Origin: Oscillatoria princeps RMCB-10
Lineage (GTDB): Bacteria; Cyanobacteriota; Cyanobacteriia; Cyanobacteriales; Oscillatoriaceae
Assembly: GCA_019359235.1 (NCBI GenBank)
Contig: JAHHHT010000012.1
Location: 3,648-67,647, forward strand
Direction of reading: 5' to 3'
DNA: 64,000 nt
The stretch's first letter is position 1, and the number at the start of each line of letters is the position of its first letter. The translations under genes were made by a program, and so were the position numbers. The notes under the pieces are model-generated. The model did not search any database. It worked only from the letters and a program-made list of their open reading frames with translations, and was not told the DNA's origin. Shown here one piece after another: positions 57,728-64,000 of this stretch.

Positions 57728-58420
57728 AGTAGCGGATTGACCAAAACGAGGGGACGCCTGTATATACTCCTTTTCGGGGGGAGCGCCAGCAAAATTGCTG
57801 AGCGTGCTGGCGCGGGCGTCGCGCCGGCAAAGCCGGCAACTGCCAAAAAATCGAGACAGCAATTCGGGAAATTCGTTTGGTTGGTTGCGATCGGGGGAGC
57901 ATCCCGGTTGTGGGAAGAAGTCCATATCAATGCGACAATAATTTCAGCAGGGGGTAGGAGGAGAAGATTTTTGGCCAGCGAATCAAAGGAAACGGCATTG
58001 AAACACACTCATGCCGGCTCACCTGCCCTTCTGTTCTCTGGGGATGGTAACGATTTTGTCACTCTATCGAACGGGAGCATCCCGGCTGTGCGTGGGAAGC
58101 CCAAATGAATGCGACAAGGATTTCAGCAGGTTGCAGGAGGAGAAGATTTTTGGCCAGCGAATCAAAGGAAACTGGATTGAAACTTCTGCGCTCCTAGCAC
58201 CCTTTGCCAATCTGCCGGTACTGTAACATATCGCGTTTCTCATCCTTTGTGAACTGCTGAGAAACCCGGACGGGGCGGGCACGGGGGCACCGCCCCTACG
58301 CTGACCGGGTTTATGGGCCGCAGTACATCCAACTGAGAACCGCTATAGAGTGCGACAGTTTTTGTTTGCCGGTGCTAGCTTAAAGATAGAACGAACTTCT
58401 TTGCAATTATTCAAACTTCG

Positions 58421-59473
58421 ATGCACAAAGTTGTGGTGGGCCTCTCCGGTGGGGTCGATAGTTCAGTGGCGGCTGCAACCCTCCACCACCAGGGATATGA
58501 AGTGGTGGGACTGACCCTTTGGCTGATGAAGGGCAAAGGGCAGTGCTGCTCGGAGGGGATGGTTGACGCTGCCTACATTTGCGAACAGTTAGGCATCCCC
58601 CATCACATCGTCGATATCCGAGAGGTATTCCAAACCCAGATCGTCGATTACTTGGTTGCCGGTTACAGTGCCGGTGTGACGCCGCTGCCCTGCTCGCAGT
58701 GCAACAAAACGGTAAAATTTGGCCCGATGCTGCAGTACGCTAAGGAATTGCTGGGCGCAGACAAAATTGCCACCGGCCACTACGCCCGCGTCAAATTTGA
58801 CCCAGCCACCGGGCGCTACCAGCTCAGCCGCGCCCTTGACCGCAACAAAGACCAGTCCTACTTCCTGTACGACTTGACCCAGGACTTGCTGGCGGGGTGC
58901 GTCTTCCCCCTCGGCGAGCTGTCCAAAACCGAAACCCGCCGCCAAGCCGCCGAGTTCGGGCTCAAGACCGCTGACAAGCCAGAAAGTCAAGACCTGTGCT
59001 TGGTGGAAGCCAGCGGCTCCATGCGGGCGTTTCTGGACAAATACCTGGCCCCCACAAAAGGGGACATTGTAGACCAGGAAGGGCGAGTGCTGGGACAGCA
59101 CGACGGCATCCATCACTACACGATTGGCCAGCGCAAAGGGCTGGGCGTCGCCGCCAGCGAGCCCCTGTACGTCATTGAGCTGGACGCCGGACGCAACCGG
59201 GTGATTGTCGGCAATCGTACCAGCGCCCACCAGTCCGAGTGCGGCGTCCACCGGCTCAACTGGGTTTCCATCCCAGAACCTTCCGCCCCCATCCGGGCCC
59301 AAGTCCAAGTCCGCTACCGCACCCCCGCCGTGCCGGCAACCGTCATTCCCCTGGAAGGTGCCGGTGCTCGCATCGTCTTCGACGAGCCCCAGTTCGGGAT
59401 TACCCCCGGTCAAGCCGCCGTTTGGTACGACGGCGAGGTACTGCAGGGCGGCGGCATTATAACAGAAAGCTGA
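58421..59473 (+). CDS. mnmA: tRNA-specific 2-thiouridylase
   Basis: [17 protein letters not shown]-loop, [11 protein letters not shown], canonical MnmA length. Confidence 0.9.
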   Translation: MHKVVVGLSGGVDSSVAAATLHHQGYEVVGLTLWLMKGKGQCCSEGMVDAAYICEQLGIPHHIVDIREVFQTQIVDYLVAGYSAGVTPLPCSQCNKTVKFGPMLQYAKELLGADKIATGHYARVKFDPATGRYQLSRALDRNKDQSYFLYDLTQDLLAGCVFPLGELSKTETRRQAAEFGLKTADKPESQDLCLVEASGSMRAFLDKYLAPTKGDIVDQEGRVLGQHDGIHHYTIGQRKGLGVAASEPLYVIELDAGRNRVIVGNRTSAHQSECGVHRLNWVSIPEPSAPIRAQVQVRYRTPAVPATVIPLEGAGARIVFDEPQFGITPGQAAVWYDGEVLQGGGIITES

Positions 59474-59492
59474 GAAAACGTCAAGGGCGGGA

Positions 59493-59530
59493 GAGAAACC
59501 GGGTTTCCAGAAAAGAAACCCGGTTTCTTT
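59493..59530 (+). terminator. hairpin GAGAAACCGGGTTTCcagaaaaGAAACCCGGTTTCTTT 20 bp after the mnmA stop (putative intrinsic terminator)
   Basis: Perfect 12-bp stem followed by TTT; member of the hairpin family. Confidence 0.55.
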
Positions 59531-59583
59531 GGCGCTCCTGTCGCGAACGCCCCCAAGAGCAGTAGGATAAAAGATCGGGAAAA

Positions 59584-60810
59584 TTGGAAAATTCTCACCA
59601 GTCGCAGTCAACGCAAAGAGGGATTGCTTTGAGCTACCATCCAGACGGTATCGCGCCTCACGGGGGCCACCTGATTAATCGCACAGCCACAGCAGCTATG
59701 CGGCAAGAATTTCTCCAGCAAGCAGACGTTTTAGCCCGCGTCCAACTTGACGAGCGCAGTCTCTCCGATCTGATCCTGATCGCGATTGGCGGGTTCAGTC
59801 CGCTCACCGGCTTCATGGCGCAAGCGGACTACGCCTCAGTTGTGACTGAGATGCGGTTAACCAGTGGGCTGCCTTGGTCAATTCCAATCACGCTCTCCGT
59901 CAGCGAAGAGGTGGCCCAACCCCTGAAAGAGGGGAGCTGGGTGCGTTTAGATGACCCCACCGGCCAGTTTGTCGGCGTCTTGGAGCTGACCCAAAAATAT
60001 CGCTACAACAAAGCTCACGAGGCGATTAACGTCTACCGCACCGATGATTTCAAGCACCCCGGTGTTAAGGTCGTTTACGAGCAAGGGCCAGTGAATTTAG
60101 CAGGGCCGGTGTGGCTGCTGCAGCGGGACACCCACCCTCAATTTCCTAAATACCAGATTGACCCAGCCGAGTCCAGGACGCTGTTCAAGCAGCGGGGGTG
60201 GAAAACAATCGTGGGTTTCCAAACCCGCAACCCCATCCACCGCGCCCACGAGTACATCCAGAAGTGCGCCCTAGAAGTGGTGGACGGTCTGTTCCTGCAC
60301 CCGCTGGTGGGCGCGACCAAAGAAGACGACATCCCAGCAGACGTGCGGATGCGCTGCTACGAAATCATGCTGGAGCACTACTTCCCCAAAGACCGGGTGA
60401 TCATGGCCATCAACCCGGCGGCCATGCGCTACGCCGGCCCGCGCGAGGCGATTTTCCACGCCACAGTGCGCAAAAACTACGGCTGCACTCACTTTATCGT
60501 CGGGCGCGACCATGCCGGTGTGGGGGACTACTACGGCACTTATGACGCTCAGAAGATTTTTGATGAGTTTACGCCGGCAGAACTGGGCATCGTGCCGATG
60601 AAGTTCGAGCACGCCTTCTACTGCAAGTTAACTCAGGGCATGGCCACCACCAAGACCAGCCCCAGCACCCCCGAACAGCGAATTCACCTGTCCGGAACAA
60701 AAGTGCGAGAGCTGCTTCGGCAAGGTGAGCTGCCGCCGCCGGAGTTTTCCCGTCCGGAGGTGGCCCTAGAGCTGGCCAAGGCCATGAACGTCACGACTTA
60801 TGAAATTTGA
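59584..60810 (+). CDS. sat: sulfate adenylyltransferase (ATP sulfurylase)
   Basis: [13 protein letters not shown] and GRDHAGVG motifs; PUA-like N-terminal domain ([10 protein letters not shown]). Confidence 0.9.
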   Translation: MENSHQSQSTQRGIALSYHPDGIAPHGGHLINRTATAAMRQEFLQQADVLARVQLDERSLSDLILIAIGGFSPLTGFMAQADYASVVTEMRLTSGLPWSIPITLSVSEEVAQPLKEGSWVRLDDPTGQFVGVLELTQKYRYNKAHEAINVYRTDDFKHPGVKVVYEQGPVNLAGPVWLLQRDTHPQFPKYQIDPAESRTLFKQRGWKTIVGFQTRNPIHRAHEYIQKCALEVVDGLFLHPLVGATKEDDIPADVRMRCYEIMLEHYFPKDRVIMAINPAAMRYAGPREAIFHATVRKNYGCTHFIVGRDHAGVGDYYGTYDAQKIFDEFTPAELGIVPMKFEHAFYCKLTQGMATTKTSPSTPEQRIHLSGTKVRELLRQGELPPPEFSRPEVALELAKAMNVTTYEI

Positions 60811-61009
60811 AATCAGGGGAAAAGTCTCGTTCATCTCTCGTTCCGGGCCCGCGCCCGGTCATGCCCGCACTTTGGGGGGCTACCGGCCTCCGATCGCACA
60901 AGGAATCGGCTGGCAAGAAGTATAAGTGCTCAGAGGCTTTCACAAACGCTTGCCGGGAACGGCAGCGGGCTCTGCAACGAAAATAGGGCGGCTTGAAGCT
61001 TAATCGAGT

Positions 61010-63274
61010 ATGAAGCGGCGGGAATTTTGGCAACGAACCGGCTGGGCGCTAGCAGCCCTGGGAATGACTGAGGCGGGACTGTCCCGCTTGACCGATCGCT
61101 ATTACCGAGCCCTGGCACAACCGAGCACTCGCAAGTTGGCCCTGCTCGTGGGCATCAACCAATATGGCACCGGCTACGCCCTCAACGGCTGCCTCACGGA
61201 TGTGGAGCTGCAGCGGCAACTTTTGATTCACCGGTTTGGCTTCCAGCCGGCGGATATCCTGACGCTGACCGACAGCCAAGCCACCCGCAAAAATATTCAG
61301 GACGCCCTCACCAGCCACCTGAGTCAGGGGGCGGCTGCCGGTGATGTCGCCGTCTTCCACTTCAGCGGCTACGGTCGCGCCCTCAACTGGGCAAACTCCT
61401 CAGAAACTGCAGGGGCGCAGCAAAATACCTTGGTGCCGGCAGATGGCGGGCTCGCCCCAGACGCGAACACGGCAAGCGACCTGCCCGAAGAAACCCTGCT
61501 GCTGCTGCTGCGCTCGCTGCGAGCGGAGCGGGTGCTGGCTGTCCTGGACACCAGCTACACCTATACCGGCACCAATTTGCTGGGCAATCTGCGGATTCGC
61601 TCTCGCCCCAGCCCGCCGGCGGTCGCCCTCGCGCCGGAGGAACTGGCTTTCCAAGAGGAGCTGCGGCGTCAAACCCCCGACCGGCGCGGCGGTGAGATGC
61701 CCGTCGCTATCCTGACCGCAGCTGGGCCAAACCAGCAAGCCGCAGAAATGCAGTGGAATGGCTTCAACTGCGGTCTGCTCACCTACGCCCTCACCCAAAG
61801 CCTTTGGTGGGCCACACCGGCAGCAACCCTGCTTTTCACCCTGCAGCGGGCGGCTTGCTCCATTGAGCAAATGGCCGGTTTTGAGCAGCCGCCGCAGTTG
61901 AAGGCGGAAGGCGGAAACCGGAAGGCGGAATTAATTCCTCTTTCCTCCTTGCTATTGGAGGCTTCTGATGTTGGGGCTGATGGCGCGGTGACTTCTGTGG
62001 GGGAGGACGGCAAAACCGCACAGCTGTGGCTGGGCGGACTCCCCGCCCGGGTGCTGGATTGCTACGGGATGAATTCCCTGCTCACCGCGGTTCCAGATGC
62101 CGGCACTGCCGGTGCGCCGGCTCGATCGCCTAGCGAAACAAATCCCTCGCTCCTCCAGATTCGCTCCCGCACCGGTTTGGCGGCGCAGGCGCAATTTTTG
62201 GGTGCGGGCAGCGCCACAAAACCCCTGCAGGTGGGACAATTGCTTCAGGAAGCTGTCCGGGTTTTGCCTCGCAATACCGGCCTGACGGTGGCCCTCGATC
62301 CAAGCTTGGAGAGAATTGAGCGCGTGGACGCTACCAGCGCCTTTGCCAGCATTCCCTACGTCTCGCCGGTGGTGGCGGGCGAGCAGCCGGCTGACTGTCT
62401 TTTCGGTCGCGCCCGGGAGATGCTGCTCGCCCAGACGCCCTCGGCTGCTTTGCCATCCCTCGCGCCGACCAGCTACGGCTTGTTTTCTCTCGGTCAAGAT
62501 TTAATCCCCAATACTGTTGGGGAAGGGGGAGAGGCGGTGCGCAGTGCGGTGCGCCGGCTTGTCCCGCAACTGCAAACCCTTCTGGCGGCTAAGTTGTGGC
62601 GCAAGACCTGCAATGAGGGCTCGTCGCGTCTGGGAGTGCGAGCCACTCTGGTGATTGTGGGGGGGAGCAAAGAGCGGGTGCTGATAGAACGCGCCACTCT
62701 CCGGGGCGCAGGGGAGGGCGCAGTTGCCGCACCGGGGGAACAAAAGGACAAGCAGGTAGGGGTTCTGACTGTACCCGCCGGCAGCCGCATCCAGTACCGG
62801 CTGCGCAACGACAGCAACCGCCCTATCTATTTTGTCCTGCTGGGCACAGATAGCAGGGGTCGCGCTTATGCCGGCTGTGTCGAGGATGCCATTGCGCCGG
62901 CACAGGCAGCCCCAACCCAGCCCCCCCCGCAACAGGGTGCGATCCCCCCCGGAGAAACGGTGACGATTCCCTCCGCTGCCTCGGCCTCTGCCTGGGTGAT
63001 TGGCAGCACTGCTGGACTTGCGGAAACCCAACTGATCTGTAGCGCCGCCCCCCTCACCCGCACACTGGCGGCGCTGGCTGCCGCAATGCCGCAACGCGGT
63101 GACGACCGGCCTATTAGCGTGCTGTCCAATCCCTTGCCGGTGGCGCAAGCTCTCCTGCAAGATTTGCACCAAGCCAGCTCGGGCGGCTCCCTCCAGGCTG
63201 CTATGCCGGCAGATGTCTACGCTCTCGATGTCAGCACTTGGGCAACTCTCAGTTTTATCTATCGGGTGGTGTGA
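61010..63274 (+). CDS. Tat-secreted caspase-family (peptidase C14, orthocaspase-like) protein lacking the His-Cys catalytic dyad, with ~450-aa C-terminal domain
   Basis: Tat motif RREFWQRTGWALAALG; p20-like KLALLVGINQYGTG...LNGCLTDV...; dyad positions read FHFSGYG (His->Tyr) and AVLDTSYTYTG (Cys->Ser). Confidence 0.75.
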   Translation: MKRREFWQRTGWALAALGMTEAGLSRLTDRYYRALAQPSTRKLALLVGINQYGTGYALNGCLTDVELQRQLLIHRFGFQPADILTLTDSQATRKNIQDALTSHLSQGAAAGDVAVFHFSGYGRALNWANSSETAGAQQNTLVPADGGLAPDANTASDLPEETLLLLLRSLRAERVLAVLDTSYTYTGTNLLGNLRIRSRPSPPAVALAPEELAFQEELRRQTPDRRGGEMPVAILTAAGPNQQAAEMQWNGFNCGLLTYALTQSLWWATPAATLLFTLQRAACSIEQMAGFEQPPQLKAEGGNRKAELIPLSSLLLEASDVGADGAVTSVGEDGKTAQLWLGGLPARVLDCYGMNSLLTAVPDAGTAGAPARSPSETNPSLLQIRSRTGLAAQAQFLGAGSATKPLQVGQLLQEAVRVLPRNTGLTVALDPSLERIERVDATSAFASIPYVSPVVAGEQPADCLFGRAREMLLAQTPSAALPSLAPTSYGLFSLGQDLIPNTVGEGGEAVRSAVRRLVPQLQTLLAAKLWRKTCNEGSSRLGVRATLVIVGGSKERVLIERATLRGAGEGAVAAPGEQKDKQVGVLTVPAGSRIQYRLRNDSNRPIYFVLLGTDSRGRAYAGCVEDAIAPAQAAPTQPPPQQGAIPPGETVTIPSAASASAWVIGSTAGLAETQLICSAAPLTRTLAALAAAMPQRGDDRPISVLSNPLPVAQALLQDLHQASSGGSLQAAMPADVYALDVSTWATLSFIYRVV

Positions 63275-63457
63275 GAATTTATGATAGTTTAATGGTTATA
63301 GCGGTTCAGTCTTGAGCTGTGATTTCTTCTGTTTATAAACCGCCGCCGTGAAGGAGCGCCAAGGGAAGAGAAGCAATATAATTTCACAAATCATTTAGAC
63401 CGGCTATATAATTTTGAATAAATTGAGAAGGCCCAATTAAGACTAGAGAGTTTTTCG

Positions 63458-64000
63458 ATGAGTTCGCAATGGGATAATTTTTTGCAAAATCTTGGGGAGT
63501 GGCGGGGCTCTTTCACCAAAATCTCACCGGCAGGCGAGGTTGTGGGGAACTCTCCCACTATCCTTTCTCTGGAAGGTTTAGACTCAAACGAGACGGTTCG
63601 CCTCACGCTCCGCTACTTCTCGCCGGCGGATGAAAACTATGCCCAACCCCCTGTTAGTGAGCTGGTGCGGCAATACCGCTCTATCGGACGGGACATGCTG
63701 TTTTTTGAGACCGGCGCTTTCTCTCAGGGCACGATTCAGCTGGCACCTTTTTCGGAGTTTGGAGGGGAGTTGAGTTTGATTGCCGGCAACCGCCGCCTGC
63801 GTCTGGCGGTGGTGTTTAACCGGGATGGCGATTTGTCTTCTTTTACTCTGATTCGGGAAAAGCGGGCGGGATCTGACGCTGCGGAACGCCCTCCCCTGAC
63901 TCTCGACCAGCTGCTAGGAGAGTGGCGCGGAGAGGCGATTACTCTCTACCCAGACTGGCGACCGGCTGATACTTATTCGACTGTACTGAAATTGCAGGAT
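63458..64000 (+). CDS. conserved cyanobacterial hypothetical protein (DUF3598-like), 3' end outside window
   Basis: ATG at 63458; open to window end (181 codons); MSSQWDNFLQNLGEWRGSFTKISPAGEV N-terminus and repeated LGEWRGE motif; not in track because it runs off the window. Confidence 0.5.
   Translation, partial: MSSQWDNFLQNLGEWRGSFTKISPAGEVVGNSPTILSLEGLDSNETVRLTLRYFSPADENYAQPPVSELVRQYRSIGRDMLFFETGAFSQGTIQLAPFSEFGGELSLIAGNRRLRLAVVFNRDGDLSSFTLIREKRAGSDAAERPPLTLDQLLGEWRGEAITLYPDWRPADTYSTVLKLQD

Noticed and set aside
57011-58108. 365-aa plus-strand ORF opposite the SPOR gene
   Set aside because: Its translation is low-complexity, (VLS)n from the 9-bp repeat. The minus strand gives a signal peptide and SPOR-like domains.

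Overview
This window looks like a GC-rich (about 58-60%) cyanobacterial chromosomal segment. The evidence is HIP1-like GCGATCGC sites, STRR-type heptamer repeats, and abundant PBS-lyase-type HEAT, WD40, NACHT, TIR and caspase proteins that suggest a filamentous Oscillatoriales/Leptolyngbya-like genome; the taxonomic placement is inference. Housekeeping genes (partial ABC substrate-binding protein, CobT-like UPF0284, pgsA, sugar transferase, surE, lysC, NDH-2, nnr, mnmA, sat, USP, Crp-family regulator, several Rossmann oxidoreductases) are interleaved with an unusual concentration of large multidomain signalling or conflict-type proteins. (1) A same-strand block from 23.4 to 35.7 kb holds a 1385-aa UvrD-like SF1 ATPase with a C-terminal FHA domain, two HEAT-repeat scaffolds (one fused to a CX5R phosphatase) and two HSR1-type GTPases (one membrane-anchored). 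(2) A TIR-TM-WD40 protein. (3) A NACHT-HEAT STAND NTPase whose N-terminal domain is split off by a single in-frame TGA. (4) A calpain-like protein with Ser in place of the catalytic Cys. (5) An orthocaspase homologue lacking both dyad residues. (6) A 1625-aa coiled-coil/acidic-linker protein ending in an Hsp70-like ATPase domain. The non-coding space is packed with at least eight families of short palindromic, MITE-like, tandem and STRR repeats, and some of these are inserted in-frame into coding sequences. One 2.2-kb segment flanked by about 160-bp direct repeats contains a truncated aldo/keto-reductase remnant. An AT-rich KilA-N gene suggests phage-derived DNA. No rRNA, tRNA or CRISPR array was found. 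Coordinates of short repeats are approximate (±3 bp).
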